Of a stretch of 64,000 nt of DNA, positions 9,672 through 19,283 are shown piece after piece. Position 1 is the stretch's first letter; every line of letters begins with the position of its first letter. Location: contig OY782041.1 in the NCBI GenBank assembly GCA_963677595.1, positions 128,001-192,000 on the forward strand, written 5' to 3'. This DNA comes from Spirochaetia bacterium (GTDB lineage: Bacteria; Spirochaetota; Spirochaetia; CAKZLE01). The translations under genes and the position numbers were made by a program. The notes under the pieces are model-generated. The model was not told the DNA's origin. It saw only the letters and a program-made list of their open reading frames with translations, and ran no database searches.

Positions 9672-10814
9672 TCAGACCTCGCATGAGATACGCACAGCCT
9701 GCCCTTCATGGGTCATCTCATACTTCAGGGACAGGTCGCTGCGCTTTAAGTAGAGGAGTAAGCCGAATTGCGCATCCCCCTCCTCCATCCCAGCTTCCAT
9801 CCTCACAGTCAGGGGACCCTGCCGGTAGGAGAGGGAGAGTTCATGCTCCCCTGACCAGCTGCCCATACCGTACCGGAACACGGTCTTCGTCTTCAACTCG
9901 AATGGTCCCAGGGCGATCGCCGCGCGGGTGCTGTCCTCAAGCTTCTCCACACACTCAAGGATGTTCTCAGCCTCGAAACGGTAACACCAACGCTTCTCCA
10001 GGCTCAGGACTCCCGCCTCAGCCGTGATACCGGTGACATACTTCCGTTCATAGCCGCTCCGGAAGGCAGCCGGGTCGGGATGGGACACTCGCTCCTCCCA
10101 GCCTGCGGTGATTCCCAGGAAGGCACCTTCATATTCAGCCCTGAAGACCCTCCCCGACCAGAGGGAGTCCTCTTCTGTGGAGAATCCCGGGCTCACGAGC
10201 CGTTCGGCCAGAAGGAACGATACCGTCCCGACGGTGGGGGTAAAGGCCAGCTGCAGCAAGCCGGACGGCTTGTCGTAGTCAGAGTACCAACGAAGTACCC
10301 TGAGATCGAGGAGACCTTTCTCGACCCAGCCGGCCCCGAACAGCTGCTCCCGGGGAGATGGGGCAGCAGCCAGAAAGTCAAGCTGCGGCCCGATACAGCC
10401 GAAGGCCCCCGGGGAGCGTACCCCCTCCTCGCTGACCAGGGAGAGCCCGAGTTTAGAGGCTTTGCCTCCAAGCATGCATACCACAGCACGTGGATCATCT
10501 GCATCTGCAGGTTCAACCCGGATGCCCGGGTCCCTGAACAGGTCCGATAGAGAGATCGTATCAGGGTGGTGCCAGGTATGGCACAGCCCGCGGTAGACAG
10601 GCCTCCCGATCGTGAGGAACCCGTCGATGTCGAGGAGGACCTCCATGAGGACATCATCTTCCCATGAAATAGTCCCTGCAGCATGCTGCAGGGTCATCCC
10701 ATCGGTGATCCTGCCGTCCCCGATCGTCCTCTCCCAAGTCATGGTGGTCGCGCGGCTCTCCAGGGAGATGAGGAGCAGTCCGGCGATGAGTAGATAGCGG
10801 TAGTATTGCTTCAT
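9672..10814 (-). CDS. Hypothetical exported protein, possibly outer-membrane beta-rich
   Basis: Fills the mgtE-ackA gap; signal-peptide-like N-terminus [22 protein letters not shown]; amphipathic strand-like C-terminal half. Confidence 0.6.
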   Translation of the reverse strand: MKQYYRYLLIAGLLLISLESRATTMTWERTIGDGRITDGMTLQHAAGTISWEDDVLMEVLLDIDGFLTIGRPVYRGLCHTWHHPDTISLSDLFRDPGIRVEPADADDPRAVVCMLGGKASKLGLSLVSEEGVRSPGAFGCIGPQLDFLAAAPSPREQLFGAGWVEKGLLDLRVLRWYSDYDKPSGLLQLAFTPTVGTVSFLLAERLVSPGFSTEEDSLWSGRVFRAEYEGAFLGITAGWEERVSHPDPAAFRSGYERKYVTGITAEAGVLSLEKRWCYRFEAENILECVEKLEDSTRAAIALGPFELKTKTVFRYGMGSWSGEHELSLSYRQGPLTVRMEAGMEEGDAQFGLLLYLKRSDLSLKYEMTHEGQAVRISCEV

Positions 10815-10955
10815 ACTCTATATAAACAGGATTACCTGAATTCTGATTCATCTATTGCCAGAATAATACCAACCTTCTTGCATAATCTTTCCGAAAGTGA
10901 AAAAATAGGTGAAACAATTTACAGATGTAAACATAGGGTTGGAGGTTTTTATATT

Positions 10956-12281
10956 ATGGTGATTCTCACATTGAACTGTGGAAGTTCCTCAGCAAAGTAC
11001 CAGCTGTACGATTGGGACGCGAAAGAGGTCCTCGCAGTAGGAGTCATAGAACGGATCGGCCAGGCCGTATCCACGATCGAGCACAAGGCGAAGGGAGAGA
11101 CCTACGAAGCGGAAGTCTCCTCCCCTACCCATAAAGAGGCGATCGAACTCATCATCTCGACCATCATCGATGAGAAGCTCGGAGTGATCAGCTCGGTAGA
11201 CGAGATCAAGGCCGTAGGCCACCGGGTCGTCCACGGCGGCGAGCAGTTCAAGGAGTCGGTCATCGTCACCGACGAGGTCCTGTCCGTCTTCGAGACCCTC
11301 GTACCGCTTGCCCCGCTCCATATGCCGGCAAACATCCTCGGGATCAGGGCTGCCCAGGAAGTCATCCCCGGGATCCCCCACTGTGCAGTCATGGATACCG
11401 CATGGCACCAGACCATGCCGAAACAGGCATACCTCTATGCGGTACCCTACGAATGGTACAAGGACAACAACGTACGTCGATACGGGTTCCACGGGACCAG
11501 TTATGTCTATACCGCGAAGCGGGCTTCAGTACTACTCGGCAAGGACCCGAAGGATACCAATGTCATCATCGCCCATATCGGGAACGGAGCTTCGATCTGT
11601 GCCGTGAAGAACGGAGTCTGTGTCGACACCTCCATGGGGCTCACCCCGCTCGAGGGCCTCATCATGGGAACCAGGTCAGGAGACCTCGACCCGGCGATCC
11701 TCCCTTATATGATGAACGCTACCGGCATGACCGCCTCTGAAGTGGACTCAGCCCTCAACAAGAAGAGTGGGGTCCTCGGGATCAGCGGGCAGTTCTCTGA
11801 CCGACGTGACATCAGGGATGCTGCTGCGGCAGGCGATGAGCGATGCCAGCTGGCGATCGACATGGAGTGCTACCGCCTGAAGAAGTATATCGGGGCATAC
11901 ATGGCAGCAGTCGGCAAGGTCGATGCCATCGTCTTCACCGCAGGTGTGGGCGAGATGGCTCCCCATATCAGGAAGGGCGTCCTGGAAGGCCTCGACCACC
12001 TGGGAGTCGTCTACGACCCGGAGAAGAACCAGCAGGCTACCTGCAGGAACACCGAGCTGGAGATCTCGGCAGATGGTTCACCGGTCAAGATCCTCATTAT
12101 ACCAACCGATGAGGAACTGGTCATGACCGAGGACACCTATGCACTGCTGCAGGGCACCTACGATGTCCATACGAACTTCACCTACTCCTTCCAGCACAAG
12201 GAGTATGAGAACAAGGCACGTTCGGCTGCCCTGGAGAAGGACCTCGAGAAACGACCCTACCTGAAGGACCTGATGGCCTAG
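10956..12281 (+). CDS. ackA: Acetate kinase
   Basis: [54 protein letters not shown]; GGAGG SD before ATG 10956. Confidence 0.98.
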   Translation: MVILTLNCGSSSAKYQLYDWDAKEVLAVGVIERIGQAVSTIEHKAKGETYEAEVSSPTHKEAIELIISTIIDEKLGVISSVDEIKAVGHRVVHGGEQFKESVIVTDEVLSVFETLVPLAPLHMPANILGIRAAQEVIPGIPHCAVMDTAWHQTMPKQAYLYAVPYEWYKDNNVRRYGFHGTSYVYTAKRASVLLGKDPKDTNVIIAHIGNGASICAVKNGVCVDTSMGLTPLEGLIMGTRSGDLDPAILPYMMNATGMTASEVDSALNKKSGVLGISGQFSDRRDIRDAAAAGDERCQLAIDMECYRLKKYIGAYMAAVGKVDAIVFTAGVGEMAPHIRKGVLEGLDHLGVVYDPEKNQQATCRNTELEISADGSPVKILIIPTDEELVMTEDTYALLQGTYDVHTNFTYSFQHKEYENKARSAALEKDLEKRPYLKDLMA

Positions 12282-12306
12282 GCTGGCACTCCCCTGGTAT
12301 ACGAAC

Positions 12307-12353
12307 GAGGGGCTGCTGCAGGAGTCGTTACCCGACTCGTGCAGCAGCCCCTC
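12307..12353. terminator. Long inverted repeat between convergent ackA and DJ-1 genes (bidirectional terminator)
   Basis: GAGGGGCTGCTGCA-G-GAGTCG-ttacc-CGACTC-G-TGCAGCAGCCCCTC. Confidence 0.75.
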
Positions 12354-12360
12354 TTCTGTG

Positions 12361-12930
12361 TCAGGGACAGCAGTCCTTCTTCGAGAAGAGTGCCCCTGCG
12401 CGTACTTCCCGGGCGGTCTCAGCCCCGACGAGGTACTCGATCACCGCGAACGCGAAGTCAGCGGCGAATCCCGGCCCCCTGCCGGTGATCAGGTTGCCGT
12501 CGATGATCACGGGCTCCTCCTGGGTGAAGGAGACACCGGGAGCGAAGGACTCAGCCCCGGGGTAGCAGGTTGCCTGCTTTCCTTCGAGGATCCCCGCCTT
12601 CCCCAAGACAGCAGCCGGTGCGGCACAGATCGCCGCGACGAGCTGCCCGCCGTTGATCATGGAGATGATCAGCTCATTGATCTCCCAGCTCGCTGCGAGG
12701 TTCGTTGCCCCGGGGAGTCCCCCGGGAAGGAGGATTCCGTCATAGGATGCGTCCTTCAGTCCTTCGATCGGGCCGTCAGGGATAACCGTCACTCCCCGTG
12801 ACCCGGTGATCGTATCATCACCGACGCCTGCGATGACGACCTCTATACCCGCCCGTCTCATCAGGTCGATCGGGACGATCGCCTCGATCTCCTCGAATCC
12901 GTCTGCCAGACATACCAGTACCTTTGCCAT
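12361..12930 (-). CDS. DJ-1/PfpI (YajL/ThiJ-like) glyoxalase
   Basis: GFEEIEA, LPGG, AAICAAP, ATCYPG, ITGRGPG. Confidence 0.93.
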   Translation of the reverse strand: MAKVLVCLADGFEEIEAIVPIDLMRRAGIEVVIAGVGDDTITGSRGVTVIPDGPIEGLKDASYDGILLPGGLPGATNLAASWEINELIISMINGGQLVAAICAAPAAVLGKAGILEGKQATCYPGAESFAPGVSFTQEEPVIIDGNLITGRGPGFAADFAFAVIEYLVGAETAREVRAGALFSKKDCCP

Positions 12931-13982
12931 TACCTTGCCTCCCCTATCTTCTCATATGCATGCATGATGATCTCTTCCGTCTCCTCCCAGCTGATGCATG
13001 CATCGGTGATGGAGACCCCGTACTTCAGCTGTGCAGGATCCGCCGTGATCTGCTGGCTGCCGGAAAAGAGGTTGCTCTCAAGCATGAACCCCGATATAGA
13101 TGTATTGCCGCGGGAGATCTGGTCACTGACCGACCTCAGCACGCGGCGCTGGTTCTCATACTGCTTACGGGAGTTCGCGTGGCTGCAGTCGACGATGATC
13201 GAGGGCTTCAGCTCCATCGAGCTCATCATGGTCTCTGCCTCCTCGACATACTCCTCATAATAGTTCGGGCTGCTCGACCCGCCCCGGAGGATCAGGTGTC
13301 CCCGCTCGTTTCCGGTCGTCCTGATGATCGAGGAGTTCCCGTCGGCGTCGATCCCGATGAAGCTTGCCGGGCTTGCGGCGGACTTCACCGCATTGATCGC
13401 ATTGGTCAGGTTCCCGCTCGTGCTGTTCTTGAAGCCGACCGGGACCGAGAGGCCGCTGGCGAGGTTTCGGTGGGTCTGGCTCTCAGTGGTCCGTGCACCT
13501 ATCGCCGCCCAGCACACGATGTCATCGATATACTGCGGGACGATGGGGTCGAGCATCTCGCAGCCGACCGGCAGCCCGATCCTCGTGATATCGAGGAGCA
13601 GTTCCCGAGCAAGCTCGAGCCCGTGGGCGATGTCGTAGGTACCGTCAAGATGCGGGTCGAGGATGAGTCCCCTCCATCCGAGGATGGTCCTGGGTTTCTC
13701 GAAATAGGTCCTCATCACCAGAAGAATCCGGTCCTGGACGCGATCAGAGAGGGCCTTGAGCTTATGGGCATACGCGAGGGCAGCCTTCTTGTCATGGATG
13801 GAACAGGGTCCGGAGATTCCGAGGATCCGGCGGTCCTGCCTGGCAATGATCGCATTGATCTGTGCACGCTGCTCCAGGATGAACGCCTCTGCCTCACTGT
13901 CCACGGGCAGCCGCACATGCATCTGTGCCGGACTGATCAGTGGGGTGAATGACTCTATTCTGACATCTTTGATATTGCTCAT
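12930..13982 (-). CDS. aroG: DAHP synthase, class I-alpha
   Basis: GPCSIHD, RTYFEKPRT..GW.G, IGARTTESQTHR, VGFKN, DCSHANS, SITDAC. Confidence 0.95.
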   Translation of the reverse strand: MSNIKDVRIESFTPLISPAQMHVRLPVDSEAEAFILEQRAQINAIIARQDRRILGISGPCSIHDKKAALAYAHKLKALSDRVQDRILLVMRTYFEKPRTILGWRGLILDPHLDGTYDIAHGLELARELLLDITRIGLPVGCEMLDPIVPQYIDDIVCWAAIGARTTESQTHRNLASGLSVPVGFKNSTSGNLTNAINAVKSAASPASFIGIDADGNSSIIRTTGNERGHLILRGGSSSPNYYEEYVEEAETMMSSMELKPSIIVDCSHANSRKQYENQRRVLRSVSDQISRGNTSISGFMLESNLFSGSQQITADPAQLKYGVSITDACISWEETEEIIMHAYEKIGEAR

Positions 13983-14047
13983 GATCGCTCTCCTTGCGAA
14001 CAGTTATACCATAAAGTGTCAAGAACAATCAAATAGTAGGATGCGTA

Positions 14048-14836
14048 TTAATCCACGATTTCGTCGGTTTCAAGCAGTCCTGCATGCATGCTGCCCTTCC
14101 TGCACACGTGGATATCCTGCCTGGCATCCAGCTCCCTGGCGACCCGCCCCTCGAGGAGGTCAGCCCGGTTGTTGGTGTCGGACATATGGCAGAGGTAGAC
14201 CCGTGACGGGCGGGAGTTCCCGGAGATACTCCCGATGAGGGAGAGGGCATCACTATTGGAGAGGTGGCCGTACACAGAGGCGATCCGCTGCTTCAGGTAG
14301 TAGGGGTACGGGCCGGTCACGAGCATCTGCTCCTCGTAGTTGGCCTCGAGAAAGAGGATATCGGTCCTGGCTATGAGGGACTTCATCGCTTCCGTGACCT
14401 GGCCCGAGTCGGTCAGGACCATGAGGGACCTGCCGCCGGCGGTCACATGGAAATTGATTGAGTGCGCTGCATCATGACTCGTCTCGTAGGGTTCAATCAG
14501 GAACGGCCCGAGCGTGAGACTCCGGCCGGGGGTCACCGGGACCGGTGGGATGGGGCACTTCCCGGGGATGACGGACTGGGGATGCGCATGGTGGAGGTAG
14601 ACGGGGATGCTGAGCTTCCGCATCAGGACGCCTACCCCCTTCATATGGTCCGAGTGGCTATGACTGACGAAGACGCCCCTGACCTTCTCGAGGTCAAGGC
14701 CCAGGGCATCAGCCCTCCGGGAGAGTTCCTTGAAGGTGAACCCGTTGTCTATGAGGAGAGCCTCCCCTTCATACTCGATGTAGTAGCAGTTAGCGGAGGA
14801 ACCGCTCCCGATGATGGCATAGGAGATCGTGCTCAT
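14048..14836 (-). CDS. MBL-fold metallo-hydrolase (YycJ/WalJ-like)
   Basis: GSGSSANC, HSHSDH, SHDA, TDSG, EANY, GHLSN. Confidence 0.9.
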   Translation of the reverse strand: MSTISYAIIGSGSSANCYYIEYEGEALLIDNGFTFKELSRRADALGLDLEKVRGVFVSHSHSDHMKGVGVLMRKLSIPVYLHHAHPQSVIPGKCPIPPVPVTPGRSLTLGPFLIEPYETSHDAAHSINFHVTAGGRSLMVLTDSGQVTEAMKSLIARTDILFLEANYEEQMLVTGPYPYYLKQRIASVYGHLSNSDALSLIGSISGNSRPSRVYLCHMSDTNNRADLLEGRVARELDARQDIHVCRKGSMHAGLLETDEIVD

Positions 14837-15171
14837 GACTTGAGGGCATCCTCGAGCTCCTGGCTGTCGAACCCGAGCAGGACATGACGGTCCATCCGGA
14901 TGACCGGGGTGACCATGAGCTCGGGATGCTCCATGATCTCCTCCACCGCATCGTAATCGAGGTAGGCATAGCCCTGCTTCTTGTAGAACTTCGAGGCCGT
15001 GTCGATGAGCGCTTCGGCATCATGGTACTGCAGGATATGGGAGAGCTCCCCGGGGGAGAGTTCCCGCTCTTCGAGGTCTATCATCTGGTAGGGGATCGAC
15101 CGTTCCTTGCAGAACCTGACCGCCTTTCTCGTCTCTGAGGATTTCTTCGTACCTATGATCTGGAGCACCAT
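14833..15171 (-). CDS. ArsC/Spx-family protein
   Basis: TRKAVRFCKERSI, LSPGEL, HPELMVTPVIR; lacks the N-terminal CxxC. Confidence 0.8.
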   Translation of the reverse strand: MVLQIIGTKKSSETRKAVRFCKERSIPYQMIDLEERELSPGELSHILQYHDAEALIDTASKFYKKQGYAYLDYDAVEEIMEHPELMVTPVIRMDRHVLLGFDSQELEDALKS

Positions 15172-15304
15172 ATTCCCTCTCCCGTGGGTTCACCCGTTTT
15201 AAAAAATACTGTAGTGTAGTCCCACTATATATGATACCATATGGTTTGTTCTAGAGCTCTCAACACAGAGTGAACGACAGTTTAATACCAAAGGAGCTAA
15301 GATC

Positions 15305-16690
15305 ATGCAGAGACGGATTGCACAGCTGGTGAATGCGGACCCGACCGACGAGACGTTGGAAGTCGAGGGCTGGGTGCGAACGAAACGTGATTCAAAGAAC
15401 TTCTGTTTCTTCGAACTGAACGACGGATCCTGCCTGAAGAACCTTCAGGTGATCCTTGACAAGACTACCTCAGAACTCTCCGAAGTCATAACCCATATTA
15501 CGACGGGGGCGAGCGTCACCTTCTCCGGGAGACTCGTGGAATCCCCGGGGAAAAACCAGAAAGTCGAGCTACAGGCTTCCGGGGTGGTCCTCCACGGAGA
15601 AGCCCCCGCGGATACCTACCCCCTGCAGAAGAAGCGGCACTCACTCGAGTTCCTTAGGGAGATCGCCCACCTGCGGCCGAGAACCAACACGATCAGCGCC
15701 GTTGCCCGGGTACGGAATGCCTTGAGCTATGCGATACACTCCTACTTCCAGGAGCAGGGGTTCATCTATGTCCATACCCCGATCATCTCCGCCTCCGACT
15801 GCGAGGGCGCAGGCGAGATGTTCCAGGTGACCACCCTTCCCCTGGATGGGATCCCCATAGAGGACGGGCTCATCGACTACTCCAAAGACTTCTTCGGGAA
15901 ACCGGCGAACCTCACGGTGAGCGGCCAGCTGGAAGCCGAGATCTACGCACTCGCGATGAAGAACGTCTACACCTTCGGACCTACCTTCCGTGCCGAGAAC
16001 TCGAACACTGCCCGTCACCTTGCCGAGTTCTGGATGATCGAGCCGGAGATGGCATTCTGCACCCTCGAAGGAGACATGGCTGTGGCTGAGGAGTTCCTCA
16101 AGTACATCTTCACCTATGTGCTCGACCATTGTGCCGAGGATATGGCGTTCTTCAACCAGTGGGTACAGAAGGGAGTCGCAGACTCGCTTCGAGAGGTGAT
16201 CGAGAAGCCGTTCGTCCACCTGACCTATACTGATGCGGTGAAGGAGCTGGAAGCAGCAAAAAAGGATTTCGAGTTCCCGATCTCCTGGGGGGCGGACCTC
16301 CAGTCGGAACATGAGAAGTACCTCACCGAGGAGGTCTGCAAGGCTCCTGTCATCGTGACCGACTACCCGAAGGAGATCAAGGCTTTCTACATGAAGCTCA
16401 ATGACGATGGGAAGACCGTACGTGCCATGGACGTCCTCGTACCGCGACTCGGTGAGATCATCGGGGGTAGTGAACGAGAGGCACGCTACGATGTGCTCCT
16501 GCAGCGCCTCGACGAGCTCGGGCTCGAGAAGAAGGACTACTGGTGGTACCTGGACCTGCGAAGGTACGGGTCGGTCCCGCATGCAGGCTTCGGGCTGGGC
16601 TTTGACCGGGTAGTCCAGTACGTCACCGGCATGCAGAACATCAGGGATGTCATCCCCTTCCCGAGGACTGTCCATAACGCTGAGTTCTAG
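15305..16690 (+). CDS. asnS: Asparagine--tRNA ligase
   Basis: [57 protein letters not shown]. Confidence 0.98.
   Translation: MQRRIAQLVNADPTDETLEVEGWVRTKRDSKNFCFFELNDGSCLKNLQVILDKTTSELSEVITHITTGASVTFSGRLVESPGKNQKVELQASGVVLHGEAPADTYPLQKKRHSLEFLREIAHLRPRTNTISAVARVRNALSYAIHSYFQEQGFIYVHTPIISASDCEGAGEMFQVTTLPLDGIPIEDGLIDYSKDFFGKPANLTVSGQLEAEIYALAMKNVYTFGPTFRAENSNTARHLAEFWMIEPEMAFCTLEGDMAVAEEFLKYIFTYVLDHCAEDMAFFNQWVQKGVADSLREVIEKPFVHLTYTDAVKELEAAKKDFEFPISWGADLQSEHEKYLTEEVCKAPVIVTDYPKEIKAFYMKLNDDGKTVRAMDVLVPRLGEIIGGSEREARYDVLLQRLDELGLEKKDYWWYLDLRRYGSVPHAGFGLGFDRVVQYVTGMQNIRDVIPFPRTVHNAEF
16584..16690 (+). repeat. Copy 1 of a 107-bp direct repeat of the asnS 3' end (att-like)
   Basis: Matches 18933-19039 at 103 of 107 positions. 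Confidence 0.95.
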
Positions 16691-17134
16691 CATTGGACCT
16701 GCTGGCATAGCCCTGAAGGCGTGAGGTGCTCAGCTGGAACAGACTCTGGATCACAGTAATACGGTCATTGCAGATCTGCCCGCCCGTCTGGATATCGTTG
16801 ACCGGCGGGCTGCCGCAAAGGCTCTATGAGCCTTTGCCTCTCCTAACGAGAGATTCTCCTCTCTACCTCCGATTGAAGAGCTTGAAGACTCCCAATGTAA
16901 TGAAGCCGTATCACAACCGCCCCCCCCAACCTGCGGGGTGCATAATGAGCGTACCTATACCTCAATGTTAATATTTTTGCAGGATACTTTTCACTTGAGA
17001 ATCAGAAACAATTTCGCTGCCTTTCGGAGCTACTTTTCGCTCTCTTTGGGAAGAACCTTCTTTCATAGAGGTTCTTAACAGTTTTATAGCTTTACTACTG
17101 CGTACGATAATATCACGAGAAAAGTAGTATGACT

Positions 17135-17385
17135 GTAGTTGAGAAGTCATAGATGCTATCCTATTCTTGACGGAGAATGGGAACCGGTGATCGTGTAATA
17201 CGTTTTTGTGATGGATGCTGGACTGCCAGACATACCTCAAGAGAAAAGATACACTGACCGGTCATCGAAGACTACTTGGAGACTTCCCGGGGAATTCTCC
17301 CCGGGAATGATCTCAATAATAAAAATGAAGGACATCTACGCACTTCCTGTCATAAAGCTTCCCAACTATCCGTTAATTTAATTTT
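17135..17385 (+). ncRNA. Candidate bridge RNA/seekRNA in the IS110 left non-coding end
   Basis: ~270-nt non-coding left end with hairpins (17159-17182; perfect 10-bp stem 17284-17307) and short segments matching the junctions; boundaries approximate. Confidence 0.6.
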
Positions 17386-17398
17386 TGAGGAGGCTGCC

Positions 17399-18568
17399 AT
17401 GATAGACAGACCTTTACGATTGACGGCAACCAGGATCATCGGCTTGGATCTTTCCAAGAAGACTCTGGTTGGGTGTATGCTGCTAGAAGAAGAAGGGTTC
17501 ATGAAGAACCACTTCTTCGACGAGAAGATGAATGCTCAAGGACGTCAGCGACTCGCTGAACGGTTCAAAGCAGGAGATGCGATCTTCATGGAGGGAGGGA
17601 CCTCTTCCTTCAACCTCGCACGGTATCTGCTGAAGCACACCGAAGCAGACGTGTATGTACTCAACCCTATGAAACTGCATATCATCTTCGAGTCGATCTG
17701 CAAGTCAGATCGGCAAGATGCTGCAAAATTGGCTAAGTATGCACGGGATGCCCACCCTGAGAACTGGGTACTGGTTCCCATCCCGACTGAACAGGAATCT
17801 GCTGAGCGCTCAGTAGTCAAGCTTCACATCGCCTATTCTCAGTATCGTACGAAGGTCATCAACAAGCTTCATGCGGTATTCACAGGAATGGGGTTCCCTG
17901 ACCTGAAGAAATCGGATCTGAAGGATCCTCGCAAGCGACGGGACTGGGTGGAGACCCTGCTCGCCGAGGAGATAGCTCTATTCAGTGCAGGGCTCCTGCT
18001 CGAAGAGCTTGAATCATTGGAGTCGCAGATGGAACGTATTCATGAGAAGCTCAAGGAGATCATTCTCGCTCACCCACGAGAAGCCATAGCATGGCTCTCG
18101 ATCCCTGGTATCGGAGACATCACGGCTGTAACGCTCATTGCCTTCCTCGGTAATGGAGACCGATTCTCTTCTGCTAACCAACTGAGGAACTATATCGGTC
18201 TCATCCCGAAGAAGGATCAATCCGGGACGGTCGATAAGCAGCTTGGGGTCTCTCGTCACGGGTGTATGCCGATCAGGAGGCACATCATGCAGGGAGCTTG
18301 GGGTGTCAAAAAGTTCAGACATGATTGTTCTCTTACTCGGTACTGGCAGCGTCTTGAAAGCCGACGGAAGCTTGGTCAGAAAGCATCAGTTGCCATTGCT
18401 AATAAGATGCTCTCTATCGGATTCGCCCTGCTGAAGAACGGTGACATCTATCGGATGCCTGACGGGGAACAGTATCTGTTGAAGAAGCTGCATTACTATA
18501 AACTTGAAGCTCTCGTCGGAACCCGATCCTGGCAGATTAATTCCGATAAGAGCTCCATAACCAGCTAA
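17399..18568 (+). CDS. IS110-family transposase/recombinase
   Basis: DEDD RuvC-like residues (IGLDLSK, FMEGG, KSDRQDA), SIPGIG, GLIPKKDQSG (catalytic Ser), VAIANK; GAGGAGG SD. Confidence 0.95.
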   Translation: MIDRPLRLTATRIIGLDLSKKTLVGCMLLEEEGFMKNHFFDEKMNAQGRQRLAERFKAGDAIFMEGGTSSFNLARYLLKHTEADVYVLNPMKLHIIFESICKSDRQDAAKLAKYARDAHPENWVLVPIPTEQESAERSVVKLHIAYSQYRTKVINKLHAVFTGMGFPDLKKSDLKDPRKRRDWVETLLAEEIALFSAGLLLEELESLESQMERIHEKLKEIILAHPREAIAWLSIPGIGDITAVTLIAFLGNGDRFSSANQLRNYIGLIPKKDQSGTVDKQLGVSRHGCMPIRRHIMQGAWGVKKFRHDCSLTRYWQRLESRRKLGQKASVAIANKMLSIGFALLKNGDIYRMPDGEQYLLKKLHYYKLEALVGTRSWQINSDKSSITS

Positions 18569-18752
18569 AGCCTTCCTAACGGTTTTAGCCTATCACTAAC
18601 CACCTCCCCACGCAAGTCCTTATTCTTAAGGTCTCGGAGAATTGTGTCTATTTGAATTGCTAAAATTTTCTTGTTTATACCTCTTGACATCTACAGACAA
18701 ATAAATGATGTAGTTGCCATTGTTATACCTCCCATAAAAAGATCGTAATTAA

Positions 18753-18781
18753 AATATATGATAGCCATTGCATGGTGTCAA
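18753..18781 (-). promoter_or_regulatory. Sigma70 promoter of the interrupted small gene
   Basis: TTGACA-17 bp-TATATT, with a CCAT-nnn-ATGG inverted repeat in the spacer. Confidence 0.7.
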
Positions 18782-18932
18782 TTGGATATTCGTTCTCCAA
18801 TAACACCGGTGTCTCGCAAGTTTCAGCACCACCGGGATCAGGGAGATTCCAGCACATGAACAGTACTCTTTGTTTCTTTTATATTGAGTTCTCACAGCAA
18901 TCAATTTACGTATGAGAATCTCAAAGAGTAAC

Positions 18933-19039
18933 CAGGCTTCGGGCTGGGCTTCGACCGTGTCGTCCAGTACGTCACCGGCATGCAGAACATCAGGGACGTC
19001 ATCCCCTTCCCGAGGACTGTCCATAACGCTGAGTTCTAG
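18933..19039 (+). repeat. Copy 2 of the asnS 3'-end repeat (displaced gene end)
   Basis: Encodes [34 protein letters not shown]; 4 differences from copy 1, all synonymous. Confidence 0.95.
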
Positions 19040-19061
19040 TAGACGGCGGAGTCCAGTAAAT

Positions 19062-19283
19062 ATAACGAGAGGACAGCATGGGTATCTGGTTCCTCCTCTT
19101 CCTCTGCTGCCATCCCCTTCTCCCCGGACTGTTCGACCAGCCCGGTATCAATGATCACCTGGCAGCATCAGCCGCCAGGTTCCTTATTCTTCTTACCACC
19201 TGTGGGAGGGAAGCAGGCATCTCCTTTACCTCCTGACACCTGCCGTCCTCCCGTTCATGGACTTTCTAACCATTCCTATCCTT
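19062..19283 (-). ncRNA. Conserved structured non-coding element downstream of LuxR-1 (copy 1 of 3)
   Basis: Three hairpins whose mismatches are G-U pairs on the minus strand; 12 GGA motifs. Confidence 0.55.

Larger units (their letters stand above)
17124..18702 (+). mobile_element. IS110-family insertion sequence (bridge recombinase type)
   Basis: AAA core at both junctions (17121-17123 and 18703-18705); sub-terminal imperfect inverted repeats at 17130-17146 and 18683-18699 (13 of 17 match); in-silico removal restores the target gene. Confidence 0.85.
16968..18720 (-). pseudogene. 56-aa small gene interrupted by the IS110 element
   Basis: Joining 18720-18703 (MATTSF) to 17120-16968 (SRDIIVR...SILQKY*) restores an in-frame ORF with a GGGAGGT SD and a promoter. 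Confidence 0.8.

Noticed and set aside
8075-9709. 544-aa antisense ORF, and similar ones at 6190-6969, 12924-13952, 15641-16708 and 43007-44014
   Set aside because: These are shadow frames of well-supported genes produced by high-GC3 codon bias, with no recognisable motifs
17121-17398. N-terminus of ORF 16968-17240 and upstream extension of the transposase from 17276
   Set aside because: Both lie in the IS left non-coding end; the real starts are 18720 (split gene) and 17399 (SD-supported)
18749-19024. 91-aa minus-strand ORF
   Set aside because: Its N-terminus is just the antisense of the duplicated asnS end and matches the asnS shadow ORF
16584-19039. asnS 3'-end repeat pair as a DGR variable/template repeat
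   Set aside because: There is no reverse transcriptase in the window, and the 4 mismatches are synonymous and not at template adenines
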